Origin: Candidatus Dormiibacterota bacterium
GTDB taxonomy: Bacteria > Chloroflexota > Dormibacteria > Aeolococcales > Aeolococcaceae
DNA length: 64,000 nucleotides
Direction: 5' to 3'
Assembly: GCA_963718525.1 (NCBI GenBank)
Contig: OY970355.1
Location: 1,888,001-1,952,000 of the forward strand
Made by a program: the position numbers and the translations under genes. The first letter of the stretch is position 1; the number at the start of each line of letters is the position of its first letter. The notes below the pieces were generated by a model. That model was not told the origin of the DNA. It saw only the letters and a program-made list of their open reading frames with translations, and searched no databases. Of this stretch, positions 26,442 to 36,633 are shown one piece after another.

Positions 26442-27647
26442 ATGACAGCGACGTCGAAGGCGACGATCGACGACATCGACGTCCATGGCAAGCGCGTCCT
26501 CCTCCGTGAGGACCTCAACGTACCGATGCGTGACGGTGCCATCGCCGACGATCGCCGGATCCGAGAGTCGATTCCCACCATCGACGCGCTCCGGTCAAGG
26601 GGCGCGCGCGTGGTCGTCATGGCCCACCTCGGACGTCCCAAGGGCAAGATCGACGACAGCGTCAGGCTCGGACCGATCGCGGCACGCCTGAGCAGCCTGC
26701 TCGGCGAAGACGTGCGTCTGGCTTCCGACGTGGTCGGCGACAGTGCACAGAGCATGGTCAACTCGCTGCGTGACGGCGATGTCGGCATGCTCGAGAACGT
26801 CCGTTTCGAACCCGGCGAGGAGGAGAACAGCCCCGAGTTTGCGGGGCGGCTCGCAGCGTTCGGCGACGTCTTCGTGAACGACGCGTTCGGGACTGCCCAC
26901 CGTGCGCACGCGTCCACCGAGGGGGTGGCGCACCTCCTTCCGGCGGTTGCGGGCAAGCTGATGGCGCGCGAGCTCGAGAAGCTCGGCGGCGTCTTGGACA
27001 ATCCGCGAACGCCCGTGGTCGCCATCGTCGGCGGTTCGAAGATCTCGACAAAGGTCGGCGTGCTCGACCACCTGCTCGATCGCGTCGACGTCCTCTGGGT
27101 CGGTGGCGCCATGGCCTGCACGTTCTACCGCGCGCTCGGCGAGAGCACCGGCACCTCACTGGTGGAGGAGGACCAGGTGGACACCGCCCGCCGCCTGCTT
27201 GAATCGGCCGCGGGCCGTCGTGCCGATCTCCGCCTCCCAGTCGACGGGGTCGTCGTCGAGAAGGTCGCCGCCGACTCGCCTACGCAGATCGTCGCCTGGA
27301 AGGCGATCCCCGACGGTTGGATGGTTGTCGACGCCGGCCCGGACACGGTCCGGCGCATCGCCGCTGATTGCGCGGCCGCCGGGACGATCATCTGGAACGG
27401 ACCGCTGGGCATCTATGAGGTCCCGGCATTCGCGACCGGCACTCGCGATGTCGCGCGTGCCGTGGCCGCATCCAAGGCCACCACGGTGATCGGCGGGGGC
27501 GACCTCGCCGCCGCAGTCCAGGACGCCGGCGTTGCCGACAAGATTGGCTTCATCAGCACGGGCGGTGGCGCGACCATCGAGTTCCTCGAAGGGAGGACAC
27601 TGCCGGGTGTTGCGGCGCTTCGAGATCGCGAGGTCGCTCGGCGTTGA
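26442..27647 (+). CDS. pgk: Phosphoglycerate kinase
   Basis: DLNVP, HLGRP, LENVRF, NDAFGTAHR, WNGP and STGGGA. Confidence 0.98.
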   Translation: MTATSKATIDDIDVHGKRVLLREDLNVPMRDGAIADDRRIRESIPTIDALRSRGARVVVMAHLGRPKGKIDDSVRLGPIAARLSSLLGEDVRLASDVVGDSAQSMVNSLRDGDVGMLENVRFEPGEEENSPEFAGRLAAFGDVFVNDAFGTAHRAHASTEGVAHLLPAVAGKLMARELEKLGGVLDNPRTPVVAIVGGSKISTKVGVLDHLLDRVDVLWVGGAMACTFYRALGESTGTSLVEEDQVDTARRLLESAAGRRADLRLPVDGVVVEKVAADSPTQIVAWKAIPDGWMVVDAGPDTVRRIAADCAAAGTIIWNGPLGIYEVPAFATGTRDVARAVAASKATTVIGGGDLAAAVQDAGVADKIGFISTGGGATIEFLEGRTLPGVAALRDREVARR

Positions 27648-28426
27648 CGGTGCAATCCCGGCTGATGGTGGCCGGGAATTGGAAGATGAACACCACGGTG
27701 GAGGAGGGTGTCGCCCTGGCGCGGGCGGTGTGCGCCGTCACCGCGCCGACCGACGAGGTTGACGTCGCACTCCTGCCGCCGTTCACGCACCTCTGGGCCG
27801 TGCACCCCGTCCTGGCCGGGAGTGGCGTCCTGCTCGGTGCGCAGAACGTGTACTGGAAGGATTCGGGCGCGTTCACGGGCGAGATCTCGCCGTCGATGCT
27901 GGCGGGCTGGTGCGACCTCGTGCTCGTCGGGCATTCCGAGCGCCGTCATGTGTTCGGCGAGCGCGATGACGAGGTGGGAAAGAAGTTTGTGGCTTCGCTT
28001 GCACACGCGCTCCAGGTGATCGTCGCAGTCGGTGAGACGAGCGAGGAGCGCGACGCCGGTAGCACGTTCGCTGTCGTGGAGCGCCAGCTCGATGCCGTGT
28101 TCGACGAGCTGGACGGGACGCCCGACATGGATGCATGGGTGATTGCCTACGAGCCCGTGTGGGCGATTGGCACCGGCCGGACTGCGACGCCGGAACAGGC
28201 GCAGGAGGTGATCGCGCACATCAAGCAGCATGTGCGCGCGAGGTTCCTCGACGGCGCACCCCGCGTCCTCTACGGCGGCAGCGTCACCGCCGCCAACGCC
28301 GCCTCACTGTTCGCCGAACCGGATATCGACGGCGCGCTGGTCGGTGGCGTGAGCCTGCGGGCCGAGGAATTCGGCGTGATCGTCGCCGCGGCCGTGTCGG
28401 CCGCGGGCACCCGCCGCGCCTCCTAG
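27644..28426 (+). CDS. tpiA: Triosephosphate isomerase
   Basis: AGNWKMN, GHSERR, AYEPVWAIGTG and YGGSV. Confidence 0.98.
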   Translation: MTVQSRLMVAGNWKMNTTVEEGVALARAVCAVTAPTDEVDVALLPPFTHLWAVHPVLAGSGVLLGAQNVYWKDSGAFTGEISPSMLAGWCDLVLVGHSERRHVFGERDDEVGKKFVASLAHALQVIVAVGETSEERDAGSTFAVVERQLDAVFDELDGTPDMDAWVIAYEPVWAIGTGRTATPEQAQEVIAHIKQHVRARFLDGAPRVLYGGSVTAANAASLFAEPDIDGALVGGVSLRAEEFGVIVAAAVSAAGTRRAS

Positions 28427-28433
28427 CCGCACG

Positions 28434-29972
28434 GTGAGTCGCGGGGTGCGGCCGTTCGTGCTCGTCATCCTCGACGGATGGGGCAGCAACGCGGATCCGT
28501 ATGGCAACGCGATCGCGGCCGCGCGTACGCCCGAGCTGGACGCGCTCGAGCAACGCTGGCCGCACACCGAGGTCGAGGCCAGCGGTGAGGCGGTGGGATT
28601 GCCGCCTGGCCAGCAGGGCAACTCCGAGGTGGGCCACCTCACCATCGGCACCGGCCGTCTGATCCACCAGCCGCTGTCGCGCATCAGCCGTGCGATCGAG
28701 GACGGCAGCTTCTACGAAAACCCCGCGCTCTGCGAGGCGGTCGATCGCGCACGCGAGCGCGGCGGCGCGGTGCACTGCCTCGGATTGATCTCGCCCGGTG
28801 GGGTGCACAGCCACCAGAATCACGCGGTTGCACTCGCCGCACTCGCCCGCCGGCGCGGCCTGGACTCGGTGTGGTTCCACGTGTTTCTCGACGGCCGTGA
28901 CGAGCCGCCGACGAGCGCCGCGGGGTTCGTGCGCACGTTCGTCGGCGAGCTCGATGGCGTCGGCGCCGGGGCGATCGCGTCGGTATCCGGCAGGTATTTC
29001 GCGATGGATCGCGACCGCCGCTGGGACCGGATACAGCGCGCCTACGAGGTCATCGCCGGCGCGGGTGGCGGCACCGCTGCCGACCCCGTCGCCTACATCG
29101 AGTCGCAGTACGCGTCGGGGATCACCGACGAGTTCGTTCCGCCAGTGTCGATCCTCCACGACGGCAGGCGAGTGCGCATCGAGGACGGCAACTCGATCAT
29201 CTTTTTCAACTTCCGTCCGGACCGCGCGCGCCAGCTGTCGCACGCACTCGTCGACCGAGACTTCGACGGGTTCCCGCGGTCGAAGGTGTTGCAGGATGTC
29301 GACCTCGTCACGTTCACCGAGTACGAGCGCCACCTCGACGCGCGTGTGGCATTTCCGCGTGAGGACGCCGGCCACACCCTCGCGGAGGAGGTGAGTGCGG
29401 CGGGGTTGCGCCAGTTCCACGTCGCGGAGACCGAGAAGTACGCGCATGTCACGTACTTCATCAACGGAGGACGCGAGGACGCGTTCGATGGCGAGGAGCG
29501 GTTGCTCGTCCCTTCCCCTCGGGTCGCGACCTACGACGCGGTGCCCGAGATGAGCGCCGCCGGCGTCACGGATGCCGTGATCGCTCGACTTCAGAGCAGC
29601 GACGACGCGCTGCTCATCGCCAACTACGCCAACGCCGATATGGTCGGCCATACCGGCGATTTCGATGCCACCGTACGCGCCGTCGAGTTCGTCGACACCT
29701 GCCTCGGGCGCCTCGCCCGCGCGGTCGACGCTGCGCGGGGCGGTTTGCTCATCACCGCAGACCACGGCAACGCCGAGTACAAGATCGATCGCAGTGACGG
29801 GTCGGTGCTCACCGCCCACACCACCAGCCCGGTGCCGGTGATCCTCTGCGGCGCCGGCGACGGCGGGCTCCGTGGCGGGGGAGGGTTGCGTGACGTGGCG
29901 CCCACGGTGCTGGAGGCGATGGGGCTCCCCGTCCCGGCGGTCATGACGGGCCGGTCGCTGCGCGAGGCCTGA
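28434..29972 (+). CDS. gpmI: 2,3-bisphosphoglycerate-independent phosphoglycerate mutase
   Basis: ILDGWG, GNSEVGH, GGVHSH, AMDRD, AETEKYAHVT, DMVGHTG and TADHGN. Confidence 0.97.
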   Translation: MSRGVRPFVLVILDGWGSNADPYGNAIAAARTPELDALEQRWPHTEVEASGEAVGLPPGQQGNSEVGHLTIGTGRLIHQPLSRISRAIEDGSFYENPALCEAVDRARERGGAVHCLGLISPGGVHSHQNHAVALAALARRRGLDSVWFHVFLDGRDEPPTSAAGFVRTFVGELDGVGAGAIASVSGRYFAMDRDRRWDRIQRAYEVIAGAGGGTAADPVAYIESQYASGITDEFVPPVSILHDGRRVRIEDGNSIIFFNFRPDRARQLSHALVDRDFDGFPRSKVLQDVDLVTFTEYERHLDARVAFPREDAGHTLAEEVSAAGLRQFHVAETEKYAHVTYFINGGREDAFDGEERLLVPSPRVATYDAVPEMSAAGVTDAVIARLQSSDDALLIANYANADMVGHTGDFDATVRAVEFVDTCLGRLARAVDAARGGLLITADHGNAEYKIDRSDGSVLTAHTTSPVPVILCGAGDGGLRGGGGLRDVAPTVLEAMGLPVPAVMTGRSLREA

Positions 29973-29982
29973 ATCCGCCCCT

Positions 29983-31254
29983 CTACGGCGAAGGCGACGG
30001 GGACTGGTAGGGGACAGGCTCGATCTGGTCGACGGGATGCGGACCGCTTCGCCATCCATCGCCGGGCCCGAGGGTCAGGTGACAGTCGGCGCCGGTGACC
30101 GGGTTGCAGGCCACCGGTTGGGTGTGGATCGCAACTCCGTCACTCCAGCTCACCGTGATGCTGATGGTGAAGGTCTCCGTCGCCGTGACGGTCGCGCCGG
30201 CCGAGACCACCGCATAGTCGTGGCTCACCGCGCACGGGTCGTTCCAGCGCTGCGTCGACGGGTCATACAGCGGCAGGAGTGCCGGTACACGCTCGGCCGG
30301 GCCTGGCGCGATCGTGGTCGAGCCGTCGCCCCAACTCCACGCGACCGGTCCCGGCGTCACCGTGACGTCGTAGAGCAGGAACAGCGTGTACCCGCCGACG
30401 ACCGTGGTCGTGAGTGCGTGCGATGCGACGGGCGCTGCCGGAACCGTTGAGTCGGTCCACGCGCAGGTCGGGATGTGCACGAAGGTGCGCGACGTCGTCG
30501 AGCCACCGGGCAGCATGTCGATGCTTCCAACCGTCCACGCGCTGGTCAGCGCGGCGACGAGGTTCGCGCCGGTCGGAAATGGCGGGCGGTCGAGCACGCC
30601 GGTCGGAGGCACCGGCGGCGGTGCGTTGCCGGCGAGGTATGGAGCGCTGAACACGAACATCGCCCCCTGGCAGCTTCCGCCAAAGGGTGCCACCGGCTGC
30701 GCGTCCTGCCAGGTGCCGCGGGTGTACAGGAAGGCCGTCACGGCGATCAGGTGGCCTGCGACATTTGCGGCGGTCGCGAGCGCGCCCGGCGCAGTGTCGG
30801 TCGCGACGCCGCCCGGCGGGATCGCGCCCGCGACCGCGTACGCGAACCGCGCTTCGGACCCGTCGTAGCCTCCCGCCGCATTCCGCGTGAAGACCGGATG
30901 GATCGAGATCACCGCGACGATGCCGCCGCCGGGCGACGGCGATCCAGGACCGACATGGAACACGTTTGACTGCGGGCAGGCCATCCCCTGCGGATTCGGC
31001 CCGGGCGGCGGGGTCTCGAGTGGGTTGTGCGGGTCAGTTCCCGGTGGGGTGATGGTCGACGGCACGATTGGGAGATACGTCCCTCCGGCACCGGCGACCA
31101 GCTTGCCATGCGTCACCGCCGCAATGCCGGCGCTCGACGGCCCGGGAGCGGCGCCGCCCGAGCCGCCTCCGCCACCGGATGCGATCGCGGTTGAGGTCGG
31201 GATCACGGCGAGCACAACGCCGGTGACGAGCATTCGGCGGGCGCGACCCGTCAT
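29983..31254 (-). CDS. Secreted Pro/Gly/Thr-rich hypothetical protein with a possible PKD/Ig-like C-terminal region
   Basis: Signal peptide ending AIA, Gly-rich linker, several Cys, and a WSWGDG...VSHDY beta-rich motif. Confidence 0.65.
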   Translation of the reverse strand: MTGRARRMLVTGVVLAVIPTSTAIASGGGGGSGGAAPGPSSAGIAAVTHGKLVAGAGGTYLPIVPSTITPPGTDPHNPLETPPPGPNPQGMACPQSNVFHVGPGSPSPGGGIVAVISIHPVFTRNAAGGYDGSEARFAYAVAGAIPPGGVATDTAPGALATAANVAGHLIAVTAFLYTRGTWQDAQPVAPFGGSCQGAMFVFSAPYLAGNAPPPVPPTGVLDRPPFPTGANLVAALTSAWTVGSIDMLPGGSTTSRTFVHIPTCAWTDSTVPAAPVASHALTTTVVGGYTLFLLYDVTVTPGPVAWSWGDGSTTIAPGPAERVPALLPLYDPSTQRWNDPCAVSHDYAVVSAGATVTATETFTISITVSWSDGVAIHTQPVACNPVTGADCHLTLGPGDGWRSGPHPVDQIEPVPYQSPSPSP

Positions 31255-31487
31255 CGTCCGCACCCGGTCACGGCGAGCAGCCATGCACCGATCAACGTCA
31301 TCGCGAGCCCCCTCACCACCTCACCTCGAAACTCTCGCTGTGCGCAACGGACGGCGAACGCCCGATGGCCGCTTCGCTCGGCCCTCCCCGTGGGGCGGCT
31401 AGCATGGCAGTTCGCGGTGTCCGCCGGGGCTGAGGACGGTGACGGACCGGTCACCTGCGCGCAAGTTTCGCTGGGTACGCTGGATGA

Positions 31488-31793
31488 ATGGCAGGTCCGG
31501 GCGATCTCAACTCCGCGCGCCTGCGTCGTGACCTGAGCCTCGTGCTGCGACGCAAGCTCACGCTCTATTCGGGGATCGGCGCCGTGGGCCTCACCGTGGT
31601 CTTCTCGGTGGTCGCGGCCACAACGGCGCCGGGCAAAGCGTCGCCGGTCGTGCCCTCAGCGTCGCCGTCCAATCCAGGCGCGAGCCAGCAGCCCGAGGCG
31701 CCGGCCGCCAATCAACCCAGCCTCGTGATCCCGGTGCAGCCTCCTCAGAGCGGTTTCGGCGGCTCGCCGGCCACGATTTCCGGCGGCTCCTGA
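31488..31793 (+). CDS. Small membrane-anchored protein with a Pro/Ser-rich tail
   Basis: One TM segment followed by a low-complexity tail. TACGCT lies 6 nt upstream of the ATG. Confidence 0.6.
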   Translation: MAGPGDLNSARLRRDLSLVLRRKLTLYSGIGAVGLTVVFSVVAATTAPGKASPVVPSASPSNPGASQQPEAPAANQPSLVIPVQPPQSGFGGSPATISGGS

Positions 31794-31821
31794 TGCGCTC
31801 GCGGCTCGCAAGCCGCGCCGA

Positions 31822-32547
31822 TCATCGACTGCTCGCAGCCTCGGTGAGCAATTCCCCGAGCCGCGAGCCGTCGAGGTTGCCGCCGCTGACGATCGCCACC
31901 GTGCGCGGCGTGGATCGCCCGTCGAGCATGGCCGCATAGCCAAGCGCACCGGCACCCTCCGCGACGACCTTCAGCTCGGTCGCCATGCGCGCGACCGTCC
32001 TCCGCAGCGTTGTCTCGGGCACGACGGCCCAATCGCCCACCACTCGCTCGACGTCCGGAAGGTCCGCGAGGATCTCCGGAACGATCGACGCGTGCCCGGT
32101 GATGACCGCGGTGTCGGCGAACGGGTGGATGAACACCTCGGGGTCGCGTTCCCAGGCGCGCGTGGCCATCCACTCGAAAAGCCGGTCCCGTGGCAAGAGC
32201 ACGGTCTCGGCGCCGAGTGCGCGCACCCCGTCGACCTTGAGCGCCGGTGCGGTGTCGAACATCACAACTCTGCACGGAACGTGCAGCGCGCGAGCCACGT
32301 ACGCGCACGCCAGCGCCGCATTGCCTGCGCTGACCGTGAGCAACCCACGGGCCACCCGCTCGCGGTCCACGACGTGAGCCGCGGCGAAGAAGCCTCGCAC
32401 TTTGAAGCTGCCGGTGGGCTGCAGCAACTCCAACTTGAGGAAGCCTCCGGCCGGCGCGGCGATCGACGGCGTGCGGCGGATGTGGGGCGCGAGGAGGCGG
32501 GCGATCTCGTGGACGCGCGCCGCGTCGACCCCCTCGATGGGAGTCAC
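31822..32547 (-). pseudogene. Threonine/serine dehydratase-like PLP enzyme with an in-frame internal deletion
   Basis: FLKLELLQPTGSFKVRG, SAGNA, HPFAD, AEGAGA and SGGN are present, but the central GGGG PLP-phosphate loop segment is missing (241 aa against ~320 typical). Confidence 0.6.
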
Positions 32548-33482
32548 AGCTTGACGTCCGTTCCCACTCGCGCGGCAAGCGCAGCCTCATATACGACGCG
32601 AGCCACCACCGCATCCTCGAAACCGCTGCCCGTCGACTTGTACAGCGTGACCTCGACATCGCTCTGCCGCCCGGGTTGGAGTCCCGCGATCACCGCGCCG
32701 ACCTCGGTGATCGTCGCCAAGTCCCGGCCCTGCAACTCGTGAGCGCCCGCCGGAGGCGGATTCTCGGCGGCGCCTTTCCATTCAACGAACACACGGGCGT
32801 TGCGGACCGTCTCCGGGTCGACCTCGGCGCCGAACGTGCCCCCCACAGACGTGACGTGGGTTCCGGGATCGAGCCACTCGTACCGCGTGATCGGCTCGCG
32901 CGCATCGGTGCAGCAGCACACGACATCAGCACCGCGGATCGCCGCCTCGAAACCGTCGACGACGACGCATCGTGGGTCGGTCGCGGCGACCGCCGACGCT
33001 CGCTCGCGGTCACGCGAGGCGATGCGGATGGTGGTGAAGTCTCGAACCAGCGGCACGGTCGCGAGATGGGAGTGGCCCTGCACGCCGGCGCCGAGGATGG
33101 TCAGGGTTGTCGAGTCCGGTCGCGCGAGGACGCGGGTTGACACAGCGGCGCCGCCGCCGATACGCATCGCCGTGATGTGCTCGCCGTCCATCACGCTGAG
33201 CAGGGAGCCGTCGCGCTCATCGAACAGGGTGATCATCCCCTGGTAAGTCGGCAGCCCTCGCGCACCGTTGTCCGGGAAGACGCTGACCGCCTTGAGCGCG
33301 AACCCACGCCCCGCGACCCAGCCGGGCATGGCCCCGAGCAGGCCCGCAGGGGCCCGCGCGGCGGTGCGGGGAGGCACCGACGCCTGCCCGGTGGAGTAGG
33401 CGCGAAAGCCCTCCTCGAGCGCGGTGAGCATCTCCGGAGCGAAGAGCAGGCCCTCGACGTCGTGCCTGCTGAGCACCAGCAT
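32544..33482 (-). CDS. Ornithine cyclodeaminase/mu-crystallin family protein
   Basis: MPGW, LKAVSVFPDN, ITAMR, ILGAGVQG, GTHVTSVG and YKSTG..FED. Confidence 0.9.
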   Translation of the reverse strand: MLVLSRHDVEGLLFAPEMLTALEEGFRAYSTGQASVPPRTAARAPAGLLGAMPGWVAGRGFALKAVSVFPDNGARGLPTYQGMITLFDERDGSLLSVMDGEHITAMRIGGGAAVSTRVLARPDSTTLTILGAGVQGHSHLATVPLVRDFTTIRIASRDRERASAVAATDPRCVVVDGFEAAIRGADVVCCCTDAREPITRYEWLDPGTHVTSVGGTFGAEVDPETVRNARVFVEWKGAAENPPPAGAHELQGRDLATITEVGAVIAGLQPGRQSDVEVTLYKSTGSGFEDAVVARVVYEAALAARVGTDVKL

Positions 33483-33520
33483 GACCGGGCATGTTGGCAC
33501 GGTTAGGCACAATGGAGGCG

Positions 33521-34234
33521 ATGACTCAGGAGCAGGCAGCCGCAGAGCCGGTCACCGCTGATCGCGAGGTCGACGCGGTGATCTTCGATCTCGGCGGGGT
33601 GATGACCGAGCCCCCCTTCAACCACCGGACCGACGTCCCTCCCGAGTACTTCAGCGTGATCGCCTTCTTCCTCGGGGAGTTCCGCGATCACTACCACCTG
33701 ACCACAGGTGTCCATGATCTGCACCTGCTGGAGATGGGCAAGATCTCGGACGACGAGTTCTTCGACCGGATGATGGCTCGGTACGCCGAGGCCGGCAATG
33801 ATCCGGTGGACCCGCGGGAGGCGCAGCAGGTCGTCTTCGGCCGCGGCATGGTCGCCTGCGGCGCCATGGCCGACGCGGTGCGCCAGATCCGCGCCGCCGG
33901 GTACAGGACCGCGCTGCTGACCAACATCTCTCGTGAGGGAGAGGCGATCTTCACGAAGCTCTTCCCCGTCGACGAGCTCTTCGATGTCATCGTCGATTCG
34001 TCGAAGGTGGGGATGCGCAAGCCCGATCCGGAGATCTACCGGCTGACGTGCAGCCGGCTCGGAGTTGCGCCCGAGCGCTGTCTCTTCATCGACGACCTGC
34101 TCTGCAACGTCGAGGCGGCGGACGCACTGGGGATGCAGACGATCCAGTGCCTCGACCCGGTCGCCGTCGCGGATGAGGTCGTCCAGCGTCTGCTCGGCCA
34201 TCGCGCCGCTGCCGAGGCCGGGGCCGGGGCGTGA
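33521..34234 (+). CDS. HAD-family phosphatase
   Basis: IFDLGGV, LLTN, MRKPDPEIY and FIDD. Confidence 0.9.
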   Translation: MTQEQAAAEPVTADREVDAVIFDLGGVMTEPPFNHRTDVPPEYFSVIAFFLGEFRDHYHLTTGVHDLHLLEMGKISDDEFFDRMMARYAEAGNDPVDPREAQQVVFGRGMVACGAMADAVRQIRAAGYRTALLTNISREGEAIFTKLFPVDELFDVIVDSSKVGMRKPDPEIYRLTCSRLGVAPERCLFIDDLLCNVEAADALGMQTIQCLDPVAVADEVVQRLLGHRAAAEAGAGA

Positions 34235-35022
34235 CCGACGACCGCGCAGCGCGGTCGATCACCGGCGAGGGAGAGGCACTGGAGATCGCCGGGATCACCG
34301 ATCGTGGCCCCGTCCGCACCCAGAACCAGGATGTCTGGGACGCGCGCATCGGCCCCGACGGTCGCGATGCAGTCCTGGCGCTGGCCGATGGTATGGGTGG
34401 TCACAAGGGTGGCCTCGAATCAGCAGAGGCGGCCGTCATCGCCGCGATGGAGGTGCTCAACGCGGCGGATTCGTCATCGGAGCCGGCCGACACCCTCCGG
34501 CAGGCCGTGGCCGCCGCAAACGACGGCGTGGCCACCGCACGCGTGACGATCGGCGGCAATCCGGGAACCACCCTGGTGCTGGCCATCGTGCGTGGGCTGC
34601 GTGCCTCGGTCGCCAACGTGGGCGACAGCCGCGCCTACCTGGTGCGCAGCGGATCGGTGACCCAGATCACCGACGACCACTCGTGGGCAGCGGGCCAGGT
34701 GCGGCTTGGCATGCTCGACGCCGACGAGGCCCGCCATCACGCCAGGCGCAACCTCATCGAGCGGGCGGTGATGGGCGACCCGGTCGACGCCGACATCTTC
34801 GAGGTGGAAGCCGAACCCGGCGATGTGCTCCTGCTGTGCTCGGACGGCCTCTGGGAACCGCTCTCGGACCCGGCTCTCGCGGCGATCATCGTCACTCCGG
34901 ACCCCCTGGGCGTCGCTCTGACGATGGCGTGCGACGCTGCTCTCGCTGCTGGGGGGACCGACAACGTGACCATGGTCGCGGCTCGCTGGCTCCCATCGCA
35001 TCCGCTAACGTCTGAGCGCTGA
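34231..35022 (+). CDS. PP2C-family Ser/Thr protein phosphatase
   Basis: R..NQD, ADGMGG, GTT, NVGDSRAY, TDDHS, LCSDGL and GGTDNVT. Confidence 0.93.
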   Translation: MTDDRAARSITGEGEALEIAGITDRGPVRTQNQDVWDARIGPDGRDAVLALADGMGGHKGGLESAEAAVIAAMEVLNAADSSSEPADTLRQAVAAANDGVATARVTIGGNPGTTLVLAIVRGLRASVANVGDSRAYLVRSGSVTQITDDHSWAAGQVRLGMLDADEARHHARRNLIERAVMGDPVDADIFEVEAEPGDVLLLCSDGLWEPLSDPALAAIIVTPDPLGVALTMACDAALAAGGTDNVTMVAARWLPSHPLTSER

Positions 35023-35438
35023 TGGCTCGTCTCTATGCGCAGTTCGGTGCGATCGTGTTCCTGGCGGTCGGGCTCGGCGGGCTCCTGACGGGCGACGCCG
35101 GGACCCTGATGCACCACCAACCCGGCGGGAACGTCGGGCCGATGGTCCTCCACCTGACCTACATCCGCGATGTCCTCGACCTGGTCATCGGCGCCGCGCT
35201 TGCCTTCGCAGGCTTTCGAACCGACGAGCGGATCGCCGCGGAGATCGTGCTCACTGTCGGCGTCGTGCTGCTGCTCCTGGCGGTGGTCGGCTTCGCTCAC
35301 CCCGACGACATGGCCGGGACCAGAGGCATCATCGGCGTGCACTTCACGCTGCCCATGAATATCCTCGACGCCGTCGCCGGCGCTCTCGGGGTTCTCTGCG
35401 GCGTCGGCGCCTCGGCCACCACGACAGCGGCCGCCTGA
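35022..35438 (+). CDS. Small multi-pass membrane protein (DUF4383-like)
   Basis: About four hydrophobic helices. TGATG coupling with the PP2C gene. Confidence 0.65.
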   Translation: MARLYAQFGAIVFLAVGLGGLLTGDAGTLMHHQPGGNVGPMVLHLTYIRDVLDLVIGAALAFAGFRTDERIAAEIVLTVGVVLLLLAVVGFAHPDDMAGTRGIIGVHFTLPMNILDAVAGALGVLCGVGASATTTAAA

Positions 35439-35456
35439 GACCCAGGCTGGGACCGC

Positions 35457-35720
35457 CTAGACTGCTGCCGGCCTCGCCGCGGCTGTGCCGTTGGAGGCGT
35501 GCTCACCGCGATGGCGCGCAGTCGCCACGATGTGCACCGCGCCGGTCGCAAACGGCTTCGCCCTGCTCAGCGCACGCCCCGCCGACGTGACCCCCTCGCG
35601 AGCGGCAGCGGTCGCGACGCGAAGCTGGGCGCGGGTCTTGTCGCCGGTCTGCGGCGCGATAGACAGGCCGACCACGGTGCCGACCGCAGCTCCGTGCATG
35701 AATCCTCGGACATAGCCCAT
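35457..35720 (-). CDS. YtxH-domain protein
   Basis: GF..GAAVG.VVGL.IAP.TG.KTR signature. RBS AAGGAGG. Confidence 0.8.
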   Translation of the reverse strand: MGYVRGFMHGAAVGTVVGLSIAPQTGDKTRAQLRVATAAAREGVTSAGRALSRAKPFATGAVHIVATARHRGEHASNGTAAARPAAV

Positions 35721-35782
35721 GGCCGCGCCTCCTTTTGTTCGATGGTGAACTCTGTCAATTCACCCTACACCGCCGCACCAGT

Positions 35783-36119
35783 TCAGGTCAGCGACGTGGC
35801 CGACCAGGGACCGTCGGGCACGATGCGCAGGTGCTCGACCGGGCGGCCAGCGATGAGGTGCTCGGCGATGATCTCGTCGACGTCGTCAACCCTGAGGCGC
35901 CCGTACCAGAACTCCGTCCGGGTAGACGATCAAGATCGGTCCCTGGTGGTGCTGCTGGTTGCAGCCCATCCTCGTGGTGCGCACCCACGTCAGCTCGAGG
36001 CGCTCCACCTCGTCGCGCAGGCGCTGGAGGATGTGCTCGGAACCCTGGCCACCGCAGTGGTGACGCCCGACCGTGGTACAGATGAAGACGTGCAGGTTGC
36101 GTGGCGCGGGATCGCTCAT
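35783..36119 (-). CDS. Thioredoxin-like [2Fe-2S] ferredoxin, apparent frameshift near 35910
   Basis: HVFIC...C...GC...GPILIVYPDG. Removing one base at 35909-35914 continues as VWYGRLRVDDVDEIIAEHLIAGRPV. Confidence 0.82.
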
Positions 36120-36184
36120 CACGAGCAATGGTCGCCCACGCGGCCGCGGCTCCGCGCTGTGCCGGCGTGCGAAAGTACCGCACG

Positions 36185-36619
36185 ATGGACTTGAGCTTCG
36201 CCTTCTTCGCGGACAGCGCCGTGGTTCCTCCCGACGGCAAGCTGTATGTCCTCGGCGGCGGTTTCAGTGCCCTCTCGATGGCGACGTTGCCGGGCCGGGC
36301 GGCCTTTGCCGTGGTTGCGGGGTTCCGCTTCAACGCAGCCGATGTGGGTCAGGCGCACCAGGTCGAGCTGCGCCTCACCAACTCCCAGGGCAAGCTCGTG
36401 CTCGCACCGGTTGTGCTGCAGTTCCAGGCGGCCGGCGCGAAGCTGGTGCCGGGCCAGGAGGTGAGCATCTCCACCGTCACCATCCTCCAGCCGATGTTCG
36501 GCGAGCCCGGTGTCTATGCCACCGAATTCTGGACAGGTGGGAACCGCATCGGATCGGTCAGCCTCAGCGTCGAGGAGCGCCAGTTGCCGGAGCCGGTCCC
36601 CGCAGACCGGCCCAACTGA
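36185..36619 (+). CDS. Conserved hypothetical beta-rich protein (DUF6941-like)
   Basis: FADSA....GKLYVLGGGF and F.EPG.Y motifs. Confidence 0.7.
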   Translation: MDLSFAFFADSAVVPPDGKLYVLGGGFSALSMATLPGRAAFAVVAGFRFNAADVGQAHQVELRLTNSQGKLVLAPVVLQFQAAGAKLVPGQEVSISTVTILQPMFGEPGVYATEFWTGGNRIGSVSLSVEERQLPEPVPADRPN

Positions 36620-36633
36620 GCACGTCCGCCAGG

